Shown here: positions 1-24,379 of the stretch, in pieces
Numbering within the stretch: the first letter of the stretch is position 1
Layout: each line of letters begins with the position of its first letter
Assembly: GCF_008831285.2 (NCBI RefSeq)
Contig: NC_045138.2
Location: forward strand, 10,044,001 to 10,108,000
From: Nymphaea colorata
Lineage: Eukaryota
Direction: 5' to 3'
DNA length: 64,000 nucleotides
The notes under the pieces: generated by a model
The model's database searches: none
The model's input: the letters and a program-made list of their open reading frames with translations, nothing else
Told to the model about the DNA's origin: nothing
Translations under genes and position numbers: made by a program

Positions 1-480
1 AAAATCATGATCAAATCCACCATCTTCTTCCATGGCAGCAACTTCATCAACGTTTCTCCATGTCTTCCACGGCAATAGCAACACAAGGGTGCTAATCAAG
101 TTTAACATGTTAAACGTGATTAGCCCCTTTTACCAAACAGATTACTTGCTTTTCTTGAAATCAGCAGAAAAATATAGGCGTGAACCCTAGCTTGGAGGAA
201 GAGGCGAGAGATGAAGGAAGGAACGTGAAACCCTAAATAGCACAGTCTTAGATCTAGGGCTCTGCTACCATGGAGCAGATTGAGAGAGACGAGAGAGATG
301 TTGAGGAAAGGAGAGAACGAGAGAGAGCCAAAAAGATTGATTCATTAACGTAACCCTAATCTCTTTTAAAAGAGATTAAGGCTGGTTGTAAACACTTTAC
401 AAAAACAGTCCAACAACTATAAGAAAATGTTTAAAGACCTCCTCTCTAACTTTCTAATATTTCATAAACACTCTATAACA
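1..480 (-). mobile_element. 5' end of an LTR retroelement in a GluRS intron: ~210-bp LTR (480->271) plus tRNA-iMet-like PBS (270->259)
   Basis: Minus strand reads TGTTATAGAG...CTCCA, immediately followed by TGGTAGCAGAGC (1 mismatch to the iMet PBS TGGTATCAGAGC). The second LTR would lie outside the window. Confidence 0.6.
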
Positions 481-545
481 GATATAGTTTGATATGAAGT
501 GACATCACTAGGACTAGCTTTTATATTAAGTAGGTAGGTGCACAT

Positions 546-1778
546 CTATGTCACATAGGTACGAGTACTGGTACAGACCATTTTTAAAAAACTTGGGTGC
601 GGGGGTACGGCCGTAGACACACGCACATATATATATATATATATATATACAAAAAATTTCAAACAGAATAACATATTCACATATATATATATATATCAAA
701 AAATTACAAATAGAACTCCATATACATATTCAGCCATTACAACTTATATCTAAAGCACCTAGCAAGACAGAACCAAAAGACGAGAATGAGAATGTTAAAT
801 AAAATGCAGATTTAAGTGGTCATGATAAAGGTCAGAACCATGCCAAAGCACAAATATGCACTAAGCAGCACAGGGATAAAATGTCATGTAATCAAATGCC
901 ACAATCACAACACAAAGATTCACAGGGATAAAATGTCATGTAATCAAATGCCACAATCACAACACAAAGATTCACAGGGATAAAATGTCATGTAATCAAA
1001 TGCCACAATCACAACACAAAGATTCACATAGATGGACTTGCAGAGAGGGACATCTAAAGGGTCTATTAGCAAATGTAACCATACACTAAGACAGCGAAAG
1101 GGGACACTACAACTACAAAAAAAAAGGAACACTACGACGAAAGGGGAAACAAGACAGCGAAAGAAAAATGGATAGCGGAACAAGGGAACAACAAATAGAG
1201 AACCAATATTATCGTTAAATCTTTTTTGCGACAATATGTCATGATAAAACCAGAACGATGAAAAAAAAATGGACAGCGGCATGCCAATCGAAAGAAAAAT
1301 CACCACAACGAGAAAGGGGCGAACGCCAGCAGAGAAACGCCTCCAATCGACCCCACAAACTTCTTCTTCTTCTTCTTTTTCTTCTTCTTCTTCTTCTTCC
1401 TTCTCTGAAACTCAGTACGACCCAAAACTCAGTTCGTCATCTTCCCTTCGCCGCTCACCGTACGCCGTCTGCCATCGCCACTGCCGCCTACCAGTCTTTC
1501 GGTGAAGGTTGAAGACCGAGGTGAAGGGAAGACGAAGAACGATGGTGGTTTAACTTTAAGGGTTAATAATTTTAACGTGAAATATGTAAAAAATGTTAAA
1601 AAGTAAAAAACGATAAAATTCAAAATCGGACAGATTTAGACTCGGTCAACTTTGACCGAGTCTAAAAAAGGTCGAACATGACCTTGGGTGCGTTGACCGA
1701 ATCCAGTGCGGTCAACGCAGCACCCATGCCGCACCCATGGGCGTACTCGTACCGGTACCGTGTACCCGTGTGACTTAG
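546..1778. mobile_element. Non-autonomous hAT-type DNA transposon (family A) in a GluRS intron
   Basis: Terminal inverted repeats (TIRs) CTATGTCACATAGGTAC / GTACCCGTGTGACTTAG, subterminal GTACC motifs, perfect 8-bp TSD GTGCACAT (538-545, 1779-1786). Confidence 0.88.
870..1028. repeat. Short tandem duplication, about three copies, inside the hAT element
   Basis: CACAGGGATAAAATGTCATGTAATCAAATGCCACAATCACAACACAAAGATT repeated head-to-tail. Confidence 0.85.
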
Positions 1779-2560
1779 GTGCACATAGAACACCTTATCT
1801 TTTACATCCATACACATGTATATACATATCATACACAGATATATGACATGCATAACATAATAAATGCATAAATAATTAAATACATGTGCAGATATGTGCA
1901 TATCTATGCGTAGAAAATACAAATAAATTTGACTCCAAACAAATAAAAGCGCATACTGAATTACAGAAACCACAACTCAATGAGTCATAAAAAGCAAATG
2001 GTTGTACAAAACAGATTTTCAAGTAAAGCCTGCCCCATGATGACATTATGCAATTGAAATATAACTAGGAGCACAAAGGAACGATCTTCATAATAATTCT
2101 GTCTATATATTTATCTAAGGTGGTACGAAGACATCTGGGTTGTCAAAGCTATTCATCATTTAACTATAATGAGAACTGTGTGTAAGACGCTTTATTAAGA
2201 TTCAAAAGCTCAGGTGAAGTGCAATGAATTGTTTTTTCTTTCCCCAATAAACCCATAGCATGTTCAATTGTTCGCTTTGCCACCAAGTTCCTTCAAGGAA
2301 GTTTTTTTTTTTAATGCACATATACATCTTCATCCTCATGAATTAGTTGGATTGTTGGAATCAGACATTTTCTGAAAGCAGGAAAAAAAAACAATGATCA
2401 GCTGATTAAAGTTAAATTAGAACTAAATTGACTGTCCCAGAGGAGGACACAAGCAGCAAAACCATCCAACAGAAACAAAGATCAGCACTATATTTGCATT
2501 TCATCAATCATCATGCAGTTTCCTGTTCAACAGTTGCAAAGAACAGTATTGAACACTAAC

Positions 2561-12688
<10,128 letters not shown>

Positions 12689-12792
12689 CTACGCTGACCA
12701 TTATCTAAGAGAATGCAGGGAGGGAGCTGGCACTCGCTTTGACACAACGTTACGGGATCAATGGACCGAATTCAATGGGATTCCGACGCTTA

Positions 12793-12825
<33 letters not shown>

Positions 12826-13005
12826 ATCAAAGACATGAATGCAAATCGATGTTTTAAAAAAAATAGAAATTAACAATAAATGATGAAAATATTGGTTTAA
12901 AAAAAATAAAAATTAATAATAGATTATGAAAATCATAATGGATTAGATGGTAAATGGTTAGACGATAAGATGATTTTAAAAAGCTAGAGTCACAATTTAT
13001 TTTTT

Positions 13006-13010
<5 letters not shown>

Positions 13011-13076
<66 letters not shown>
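13011..13076. repeat. (TA)n microsatellite; others at ~11173-11223, 11443-11600, 30898-30964 and 47205-47360
   Basis: Direct reading. Confidence 0.95.
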
Positions 13077-13079
<3 letters not shown>

Positions 13080-13149
13080 GCACAATAGTGCCAATATATT
13101 TGAATGACATCACAGTGGTGAATGAGAACAACAAAAAAAAAATATGTAG

Positions 13150-14060
13150 AACTTCAAGAGATGCCTGCATAAGTGGTTTGACATCAAGGATCTCGTATGG
13201 CTAAAATACTTTGTCAAATTTGAGATTGCTCACACATGCAAACGGCCATTCGTATGTCGAAGAAATAAGCTCTTGACATTATGGGAGCGTTTGCGTGTAA
13301 ATTTGACTGCTCCATGTGTCGATCGTTCAATATTTGACTCAACCTCATTTGATTTGTATATAATTTAAAGGGGGGTGAGATTTTATTTATTTACGGGGAC
13401 GAGATTTAACTTTTCCCAGTGCCTTTACTAGGGATGATGCTAAGGATAAAAATTTGTCTTTATATTGTTTATGATCTTAATGCAAAAGCAAATCTGCCTC
13501 AAATTTTCAAAATAATGTTTAATGACAGCTTAATTTGGCCTGTAGGACTTAGGATTCTTAACGAAATGTCACTAGATTATTCCCATCATCATCACTATCT
13601 AACGATTTATCCTAAACTACATGATGCTCAAAGATTTGATGATTAGGATTTGATTTCTATGCGTTAAAGGTTAAGGACTGAGTCCAGACATAAGTTTTTT
13701 ATTTGTTGATGCTATGCTATTAAATTGAATTTTATATTGAAAGTTAACTTTCAGATTAGTGTTTTGATAATTAGAGTTCCAAATAGCATGATTTTCAACT
13801 TTGATGGATTTTGGGTGTGAATTAAAGTTCTTAAGCTCCGTCCTTTAATGAGACTTAACTGATGTTGTAGTTTATTTTTAAAATTCTATTGTAACTAAGG
13901 GTATGGATAAATATGGGAATCGTTTTTTTTGTTTTTGTTTATGTTTGTGTTTTAAAACCTAGGGCTCTTCTCTAGAATTTTATGATTTTTTATGATTTAG
14001 ATTTATTGGAAGGTAAGTCATTATTTTAGTGTTTCAGTCCTATGTTTTGGAGCATCATCA
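13150..14060 (+). mobile_element. Degenerate Ty3/gypsy 3' remnant: integrase tail, polypurine tract (PPT), LTR start
   Basis: Decayed FDIKDLVWL...RPF reading resembles a gypsy integrase C-terminus. It is followed by AAAGGGGGG (13367-13375) and TGAGA at 13376. The right boundary is uncertain. Confidence 0.35.
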
Positions 14061-14595
14061 TCATTTAGATCTTTGAGGCTTTTAGAAGAATTTGTTTTGA
14101 TTGAAATACTTGTGCCTTTTAACTTCTTTTGCAAACATGGACGCAGTTTAAAAACAGTGTATCTAATTAGATTTATGCAAGTGCAGATTTTTTTTATACC
14201 CAAAGTTAATACGTAGGGTGCATTACTAAATCTATCTCATTGAAATTCTAATTAGAAATGAATTGTGTGCTTTATGAACTAAACGTTCTTAGTGAACTAA
14301 ATGTTCTTAGTTTAAAAATCGTATGGCTAATCTAAGTGAGTTTATTTGTGAATTTGAAGGATGACTATTTATTTTCTAAACCAAGGTTGGTGCCATGGTT
14401 AAAAAATTAATCATTTTAAATCTCAACTAAACATGTTGTGTTTGAGTGAGTTTAATTCTAAAATATCACATAAACTAAATAAAATGTATAAAAGTGAAAT
14501 TGAAAATTAACTACTTAAAATAAATGAGAAGCAAGGAGGGGCATACGTCACTTTATTACCTAATTGATAAGGAAATTAAACCTACATCAACTTAA

Positions 14596-14803
14596 GGGGG
14601 CGTTTGGACAAACTTAGAATCATAAAATTTTAGAATCAAAATGCTCATTTTTTAAGAAATTAGAAATTTTAAACAAACTAGGTGTTTTAGTTCAGGAATT
14701 CTAAAACTAAAACCTGGAATTTTGACTCCATTTCAATTTGAGAAAGAATTATGGTTACCGAATTTTCATTCTTGAATGAAAATTCTAAACTATCAAACGC
14801 CCA
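14596..14803. mobile_element. Tourist (PIF/Harbinger) MITE
   Basis: TIRs GGGGGCGTTTGG / TCAAACGCCCA, flanked by TAA on both sides. Confidence 0.8.
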
Positions 14804-15139
14804 TAATTGAAATCTTGAAAATAAGATTATTTATTTCTTAAATCAAGGTAAGCACCATGGTTAGAAACTTTAATCTTCATCAAATCCTCAACAATGTATA
14901 GTGTGCGCAAATGTAAGCTAAGATAAGACTATATAAATGCTATACTACATCTTGGAAAATATCCAGCACTTCTGTACACACGATTCTGAAATACCTTCCA
15001 TTAGCAGCACATTCCCCGAAACCAATTTCAACAGCAACAACCTCCAAGATTTATGAATCAATAAGTTAAAACACTTTCCCAGCCCATTTTCTCTCTTTGG
15101 CTAAGAAAATCGAACTTGCATCTCATAGCAAATACGTTA

Positions 15140-16202
15140 GGGCCCGTTTGATGCACAGGAAAAATCCTGTGCATCGGTTGAAAATGGTACGATACGAAGA
15201 AGAGAAATTTAACACGCTGTACAATGAGTGCATCAAACGCTACCGCTCGTCTCTCCTCTCTCGCTGCCTCTCCACTCTGCTCTCTTCTTCTTCAGCAGTT
15301 CCTGGGCTTCGTCATGCTTCCACGCCAGTCAGTAAACTGCACGAAGATTAAAAAGAGGATTATGAATTTTTAATAGAAATCGACAGGATCCCACCTTCTT
15401 TTGGTCTCTCTCAATCTCATCTCTGGGTTTCAGAGAAACCCTTGTCGGATACCCCCGAAGGGTTTCAGAGAGACCCTCATCAACGAGGGTCTCTGTGATG
15501 CTCCTCTGAAACCCTCGTTTTTCAGAGGGAAACCCTTTTAAGGTTTTATAAGAGTTTCTTTCAGAAACCCATGCTGAAAGTGAAACCTTCGTTCAGGGTT
15601 GAGAGAGAGAGAGAGAGAGAGTCACCAAGTCACTATCATCACGCCGTGCACCATGGCCCTCGTCCATTCGAGCTCGCTCTGGGCGGTGAGAGAGAGAGAA
15701 TGAGAGAGGGGAGAGGTTTAGATGATCATTAACAACTATTATGAGATTGCAGGCTGAAGGAAAATCAAGAAAAAAAAAAAAGAAGTTAAAATATTTTAGT
15801 CATCTACCTTTCATTAACAACTTTTTCATGGATCGGTTGCTCTATCCCTCGGTCGATCTTTATCAAGCACCTTCATTGCTTAAAAAGCTAGGAAATTTCT
15901 TTCTCTTCCGGCTCTGGTTTATGTAAAATCAAATATTTGTATGACAAAGGTTTTTATCTCCGGCAAATGTTTTGCTTAATATTTTTTTGAGTACAGTTTC
16001 TTCAATTGCTTCATTTTGAATTTTGCTGCTTATTGTTTTTGGACTCCTATGGAGTAAGAAAAAACATATCTTTCAATGTCTTTCCTCCATTTTATCTCTT
16101 AATTTCACATTGTCATCAAACAAGAGCACAAGTAAATTTTTTCTAAAAAAATTTACCATAATAACTTTACCACGTTAAATTCTTCCTTTACCACACTGGC
16201 TC
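15140..16202. mobile_element. Non-autonomous PIF/Harbinger-type element
   Basis: Ends GGGCCCGTTTGAT / ACCACACTGGCTC with TTA TSD (15137-15139, 16203-16205). The paralogous empty site AATACGTTAAGGAAAA is at ~52630-52645. Confidence 0.8.
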
Positions 16203-18092
16203 TTAAGGAAAAGATCTAGCCAGTAGCCATTGAATGAGAAAATGACCTCGTTCTGCACGGACGAAGAAACCCTATCCGATTTTTTCGCAAGAAGAGAGAG
16301 AAGCTCTCGAGAGAATAGAGAAAAATTGGTCAAAATTGGAAAAAAAGTCGGGTTCCATCGAATTTATACCAAAAAAATTTGAAAATTACAAATTTAGTCC
16401 ACCATGTTAGAAAATGTTAGAAAACACTGTTGTATTTTTCAGAAATTAATGCTGCAACTTTTTTGCTAGAAACTTTTTCAGAAAGAACTTGCGAAAGTTA
16501 ATCAGCAAAAACCTCAAATTTTACACAAAATTACTGAGAGAAACTTAGACTTATTATAAATTGCTAAAAGAGGTTTCCAAAAAATTGTTTTGTAATTTCA
16601 ACAAAAGACCGACATTTTATGTGCAATTACGTATAGTTACCTCAGGCTTATTGAAATTGTCGTAAGAGGGTCACAAGTATAGTTTAAAAATGAATGAGGA
16701 AATTCACGTTCTAAAATTTAAAGTTGAAAAATCTCCTTACTTCTAAGTGGTGTTTAGGAATTTTGTTGGAGATGTCTTGACATGATTTGCTAGCGTTGCT
16801 AATATCTAACGATGATTTAAAATCTCTTTGTTGTTCTTAACTTGTCTTTAAAATCGAATCCAAAAATGAATTATAGAGTGGGAGCCTTAGAAAGGGCCAA
16901 GCCTGAAAAACTAAATGGTTAACAATATGTATGCATGCTTATATAATTTTTTTTTTTTTATGCATGCATGACCCAATTGCAGTATAAACCTTGTGTTTCT
17001 ACACTAACTAAAATCTTATTTAGATATGGATATTATGTTGAAACATATTCATATTGCATTTGAATTTGGATCCTCTTTCTTTGTTTAAACACATATTGAT
17101 TCTATTGTTGATATCATTGGGTTTGAATCCATAATGGTATGATCTGAATCTATATAACCATTTGGATTTTTGCTTTGGACCTAATCATTACTTAAGATCC
17201 ATATTAATATTCAGTTTTGGTTCAGGACATATTCAAATTTGAATTTATTTGGATATTGGTTAAAAATCATATCTTGTTTATGTTGGTTCAAATGTATATT
17301 ATTATGTTTGTTTTACGGACGTCATTTTGGGTCCATGCTGATATTAGATATGACCAAAATTTTATTTTATATATCCATTTAACTGTTGAATTTGGATCTC
17401 ACAGTAGACGTGGCACTCTTTTGGAGCATGATCTGATTTGACTTATTTACACCTTTTTGTTTAAGATCTATATCTTGTTTATATTGGATTTAAACATATA
17501 ATGATATGTATTGATTTTTAGATCTAATGATTTTATGAGTTGTACATTTTTTAATGTGAGTAGCGGTAGAGTGCTATAAAGCCAATTTCTTTTGCTCCTT
17601 ATAAAAGAATATTCCCAGGACAAAAATTATATTATTGTATATTTATCATAATTAAAAGGAATGATTATATTATTAGATGTTGGTTTATTAAGAAATTTAA
17701 ATTAACACTCTTAGACATGGTGATATCCATATAGCATGGTGATTGGTTCATGATAGATTTAGATCTAAATTAACTGTTTGGATCAATGACTCCAAATATT
17801 TGTACTTGCATTGAATCCAATATATCATCATGTTTGCTTTTTGCTTATAGTTGTGTAATTACCTCAATTTTTTCCAAAAGACTGTTATTTTACCTAAGCA
17901 AAAAACCCAAATTTAGACGTAAGATTCAAAATCCAAAATTCAAAATCCAACTTTCAAATCTAAAATCCAAAACCCAAGCTTAGATCCAAATCGAGCATTT
18001 GAAACTCAAAATCCAAAATCAAGTTCAAAACAACAAAGTCTGGTGCTATAAGCATCGCGCGCGTGCACATAACTCTCCCTTGTTTTACGTTT

Positions 18093-21000
18093 CGTTCTTG
18101 CACCAAAATATGTTTCTGAAGCTTAAAACGAAGCCGACCACTCTCTTGTAATGAAAAAATAGTTTTATATACTTTTTAAATAAAACAAAAAAAAATTACG
18201 CTTTAATACGAAAAACCCTTATTTCATAAAAAGTTAAAATGATAATAACAATAATAATAAAATATAGTTTCGAGCATTGCGCGACACACGCAAGGCGATT
18301 GCGTAACGCGACGAGCGCAAGGCGATTGCATTATGAAATCGCTGTAGTGCTTGACAGCGCATTTTGCGCTATCGTGCACGTCTCGCCAACGCCCTAGCCG
18401 GGGGCCTGCAACAATGAAGCCCCCCTCCCCCCTCTTTTTTTTTCCAAAAAAATTGCCCCTTGGGAGGTGATTTGGTTTCTTTGGGTGGCAGCCCTGCCCA
18501 CACCCCAAAGGGGTGTTTACAGGGCTAATGACTAATCTCACTTAGTCAAAACCTATTTTTTTAGAAAAACAATTTGAAAATAATTCAAAATTATTTGAAA
18601 TTCGCATGAAAATATTGTGAAAATAAAAAAAATCAAAATTTAAGTTTTGACTCCAAACTCCTTATACTCTCATAATTCCTCTCTTGGGCATAAGCTAGCC
18701 CTTGGAAAAACTCTAGTGCATTTTCACTTGAAGATTTAGAGTTTTTCCTTAGCTGTCTTCTTCGATTTCCCTCTTCATTTTTCTTCTTCATCTCTAACCT
18801 TGAGAGCAAGTTTCATCAAACTACAACTCTTCAAAGGAGCACGAAGAGATCTCTTGGAGGTATCTTCATCATCATCTTGTTGTTCTATTCAAGGGGATCC
18901 AAGATCATTCCAAGCAATGTTGTTCATTTTTCCTAAAATCATTTTCATTAGAGGTATGTAATCAACATCTCATTTTATTCTCTTCATTGTTTTCTCTCTT
19001 TTCTTAAATGTAGTCATGTTTTGATTCCTTTGTTTTCTCTCTTTTCTATCTCCCCATGGCCACATGACATAACTCTCAAATCTCTATTTTAGAGTCAAAG
19101 AAGCTATTTTTGAATACACGAGCATAAAAAGATGAGATGATATTTTATTTTATGATTGAATCATGTTCTCTAAAAAGAATATAGTCTTGGTTCCCTTATT
19201 TTCTCTTCTTCATCTCCTCATGGTCATATAAAATAGCTCTAAATCTCCTTTTTGGAATCAATAAACCATTCTTGAGTGCACCGGAAGCATGAAAGAATAA
19301 GATGACATTTCATTTTATGATTGTATCATGTTTTATCTTTTCTTGAATATAATCTTGTTTTGGTTCCTTATTTCTTCTCCTTTTCATCTCCCCATGGTCA
19401 TATGAGAGATAGCTCTCAAATATCTATTTTAGAGTCAAGAAACTATCCTCAAATACACAGGAACCATGAAAAGAGGAGATGATATTATATTCTATGATTG
19501 AATAAGTTCTCTCTATTACTTGAATGTTGCTTTATTTTGAAGATATTGTTAATTGCGTAGTTGCTTAATTTTTTTATTCATATATATATATGAATGCACA
19601 GCGAGAATGGGAGTGTGGTTTGGAATTTTTTATTCTTATATTAATTTTTGAAGTTGAGGCTTGTCCAACCTGGGAAAAAAAACTCTCACAAATATATACA
19701 TGTTAATATGCTTTTTCATGTCATTTTGAATTAATTTCTTTCTAATCTTTCAATTACGAAACCTAATGAGCGTCTTATCATGTGGTTTGATTTTCTTTCA
19801 TACCCAAAGGTAGAAGAAACATAATCCCTTTAACAAATGAAATAACTATGTTTTATGCTCATATATAAAAATAACTTAGGCTCTTGTATTAGTCCAAGCG
19901 GCCTACATTAAATTTGAAGTCGAATGTTTTAAGTTACTTTTATTCTCATGAATACACATATGTATATACATGTTATATACATATATGTGCATATGATGAT
20001 TTCCTTCATTCTTCTCTCTCTATGTTTTCATATTCTATTTTACAAATTTTCACATATACATGAACACATATATACATGTGTTTTATTTTCTCTCTCTAGA
20101 ATCATTTATTTATCTCTTCAAGTTAAATGTCATCTCCTACAAATATATATTTATGTATGTATTCCTTTATTTCTTTTTCTCTAAAATCTTTCTTTCCCTT
20201 CCAATCAATACCCGCTTTTTATAAACTTTCATATATGTGTATGTGTACATGTATATGCGCATTTCTTCTTTCTCTATTTCTTCTAAGAACTTTTTTTCCT
20301 CTCTATTTAAATTAAACTCCATCTTCAAAAGCTTACCCACAAATATCCTTTGAAATCTCTTTCTCTCTCTCTTTTTTCTAAGGGAGTATCTCATCTTTTT
20401 CATTCTTTTCAACATATTTTTCTTTTAAGATCATTTTCATTTACCAACTTCACGAAGACCAAAACTCAAGTAATGTCCCATTATTAGATTCATGCTTGAT
20501 GGTCTATAATTCCAATCCATTTTCAAAATTTTTTCATTCTTTATAAAAATATATATGATAATTATGAAAATAAAAATCTTAAATGTATGTTATGGTAGAA
20601 ATGATTTATTCTCTTTTAATCATATACAATCAATACATTCGCACTCATTTAATATCACTTATGATCATAAGCGCAACTCCAAAGAACTTAAGCAACATGA
20701 GATGGAGCTCTAGCCAGGCAGTAACTGAATTATAGCAAAATCTCAAACCTACCTAAAGTTTTAAGAGAACAACAAAGTGACTTCAAAATGATTTCTCAAA
20801 CTTTCAAAATGATATTTATAAAGATTTCTCAATTCTAGTTTTTCCCAAAATGTTTTACATTCTTAAGTAATGTTTCAAGAACACTTTTAAAAGTTTGAAA
20901 CATTAAACTTTTAATATTTTTCATAAACACTACACCACATTTAGAATGAAGAGATGCTTAAGCCAAATGAAATGTATTAATAATAAAACATAGCCATTGG

Positions 21001-21136
21001 ATTGATTACCCTCGGTAAAGGCACTGTGAACGGTCGATCCTCGTATCGATGGGTGAGTTCATTTCTCTTTTATTTTCAAAACAAAACTCATTTTTCTAGA
21101 ACACTTCAAAAACACCAAATTTTGAGGATGAGAACA
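18093..21136 (+). mobile_element. Possible old solo LTR (~3 kb)
   Basis: Ends (C)GTTCTTGCACCAAAA ... TTTTGAGGATGAGAACA resemble decayed TG..CA inverted termini. Contains a GC-rich block (18280-18530) and ~3 diverged ~180-bp tandem units (19000-19520). No matching TSD and no ORF. Confidence 0.3.
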
Positions 21137-21321
21137 AGTTGTACAGTAACACTCTTAAACATGATGAAATTCATATTAACAAAATATTTTTATTTGAAGA
21201 TCTGTAGTACTATAAGTTCTAGTACATGAAATTTTATTGTCTTATCATAGATGACTAATAGATATGAATTCAGATCTAAATTGGCTTGTTTGGATATGTG
21301 GAAAAAAATCTAAATCATGTT

Positions 21322-24300
21322 TGTCACGACCCAATTTTTGACACCAAAAATTTTCTTTCATTTATATAATAGTGGAAGCAATATTGAGTCATGACCAGAA
21401 CATAAAGAAATCAGACATTGTTTTATTTCAATAATAAAATACTTGGACCCAAACAAAAATAACCACAAATCCCCAAAACCGACGCAGTGTCCAAAATGCC
21501 AATGCCCGTCCACCACAAGACTGAAGATCGTCGCTCCAGAGCCAAAATCTATCAATGACTACCTGTAGGTATAGAAAGAAGGGTCAGAATTCCTCTGAGT
21601 ATGAGAAAATCCAGCCATAAATGAAACATGGCCCAACAAAATATTATTTACTTTGTAAAACAAATATCTTCAAAGCTTAGCACATATTGGAGTTACGTCA
21701 CATCATCAGAAACAGAAAGAGGTGTGCACAACCTCCAAAATTTCGTAGGCTTCCAACCGTGGTTCTCTGACAATGTCAAGGTCATCGTGCCGAGCAACAG
21801 AAATCCCCGTGGGCACTCACGGGCAGAACAGAACATATCTTCACCAGACGATCCAACGGATCGAGGGTACCTGAAGTGAAGCCTCCTGAGATATCCCAGA
21901 TCGCCGCAGCAGCAGCATGGTCTCTCTAGGAACCCGGAGTCTCGCTCCCAAACAAAAACAGAATAGAATCCCGGGCCCTTGTGCCGCCCAATACCCTCTG
22001 GGCCCTCCAGTACAGCCAGAGGAGTGTGACCACTACTTCCTGGGACGAAACCAAACACTGGGCAAAACAGAAATCTCGCACTCGCATAAACCATCGCACA
22101 AAGTCCACATTTCGCCTTCGAATTTCAAAAGTGAGGGTTTGCTAATGCTAGACATCGTCTAGTACCTCTCACAGAAACCGTCCTCAGGCTCGGTTTCCCA
22201 AACAGAATAATTCAGCCATTTTAAATCTTAATTTAATGGCAATAAGGCAAAACTCATCACATCTAGAAACCTCTATTAGCCATATTGTAATCCTTATTTG
22301 AAACAATAAAATTTATATTTAATTTCTCAAAACGTGACTTTCCTCCTCTAATGGTCCCAAAGTTAATTTCAGAACCATATTTCTGAAATTTTAAACACAA
22401 CAAAGAGCATCAAAAAGTAATAAAGCATAGTATTTCGTTTTTAATTTATAAAACCTCCTTTTTGTAATTTTTAAGAACTCAAAGGGTACCAAAACGTGAT
22501 TTCTTATTAAATGCATGGTTTTTGCTGAAAATCACTTTCCCAAGCCTCTTTTTTGAAGAGGTTTTCAGCAAAAACGTTGCGGCATGAACGCTTAAAAGTT
22601 ATAACAGCTTTTTCGCAAATTTTAATAATAAGGTGGACCCACTTTGTAATTTTTCATCATTGATATAAATTTGGCCGACGCTCGTTTTTCTTCATTTCAC
22701 GCCTGCATTTTCTCTCTCCTCGTGCGAGAGCTCCTCCCTCGCGTCCTTGCTTCGTTCGACGGTGGTTCCACCGGTTCTTCTGCGACCCATCACCAGCACA
22801 AGCGATCTCTTGTTCTCCCGTGAGGGCTGTCGCTCGGTTACACGCCGCTGCGCCACCAGCCGCCCGTCGCCTTCCGCCGCCGCTGTCTCCTCTGTTCTCT
22901 TCTCTCAACCAAAACCAAAGAGGTTCTCCTCCCATGACATCCTTCCTTGTCTTCCTGTTTCGTCCAATGGTGGCTTCCATCGATCTTCAATAACCCATCA
23001 CCATAGAAAACGAGACCAGAGGGAGAGATCGTCCTCCTCCCACTGTCACGCCCACTAACCATCCGACCAATGCTCGCAGTTGCCGTCCATCGTCCGACTA
23101 ACGCCCTCAGCCGCCATCGCTTCCATCTCTCCTCACGGCTGCTCCTCTTTCTCGTCTTCTTCCGTGCGACCGACAGTGGAGCCTCCACCGTTCTTCCTCA
23201 ATCAAAACCAGAGAGGGATCCGTCTTCCTCTCTGGCCTTCCTCCGTGTGCAGCAAGGCGAGCGGAAGAGACCCCAACAGAGCCCTCAAGTTTCAAGCGAC
23301 AGAGAGACAGAAGGGCTGTCGGGCCCTCCACTGCCCGGTTGCAACGGTAGTTGCCGCCGCCTCTTCCCTTGCTCTCTTTCTCACAAGCAGGGAGGAACGG
23401 CCGAAGCTGCGTTCCATCTGCCACCCGTGCGAGAAAGAAGGCTGGTTTTCCAGTCAATTGGGCAACAGCGTCAGCTCGTCAAAGCGATCGCTCTTTCCCT
23501 TTCTCTCTCTTATTTGTTGCTGATTTTAGATTTACCCTAAGTCGAACAGGTTTTGCCTCCTGTAGACGATGTTCTGAACTGCTCTTCTCTTTGACTTGGT
23601 ATAATCTTAATTTGGGGATGACAACAGAGTCTTTCCTCTTTCAGATTTGTATCACAATTTCTGTGGCCACCCTTTGCAAGGGTTCTGGTATATGATTACT
23701 TCCAGCGTTTTGTCCGAACACTCTAACACAACCCTTAACATAACGTGCATGCTCAGTTTTAGGGTCGGCGGGAATCTCTGTTTCTCACATATGGAATACA
23801 CCGGAGAATACAGAGGATCTCAAAACCTAACTTTAGCATGCTTCTTTCTAAAGATTCAGAGATAACTCTAATAAAGAACATTGTATAACATATAACATGC
23901 AACACCTCACATGGATTCTGTTACAGCATGTATATAAGTATCTTTATCCATCATAACTCAAACAGAAAATACAATGCTACATGATAGGTTCATAGCTGAA
24001 TCTTCCCATACCTCTTAAAATCTGAGACTAACTTCCAGCAGCAACCTTTGCTTCTGGTTCCTTTCCAGCAGCCACGAGCCTCAATCCCAACAAGAGAGCA
24101 AGATGGAGGACGTTTCTCTCTCGTTCTCTCTCTTTAGACATGGTCCTCTAAGAAAGCAGCAAGGCAAGGTTAATTGTTGTAAAATGTGGTTAGATATGCC
24201 CTTATCTCTATCTTTTCCTCAAATGTCTCCTTCTTGATAGTTTTAAGTATATCTTTCATTTGATTCTTCCCTAATTCACATTCCAAATGTTTAAGGAAAT

Positions 24301-24325
24301 CATAACAAAAATCGTGGGTCTTACA
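21322..24325 (-). repeat. 3' LTR (3004 bp)
   Basis: TGTAAGACCC...GGGTCGTGACA on the minus strand, preceded by PPT AGGGGGGGAGAA. Confidence 0.93.
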
Positions 24326-24379
24326 TTCTCCCCCCCTAAAAAGAAATTTCGTCCTCGAAATTTAAGCGTATCTTATTGA

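Noticed and set aside
22657..23695. Cluster of overlapping 100-200 aa ORFs (also 27270-28213)
   Set aside because: They lie within the GC-rich part of the LTRs, differ by frameshifts between LTR copies and show no protein motifs.
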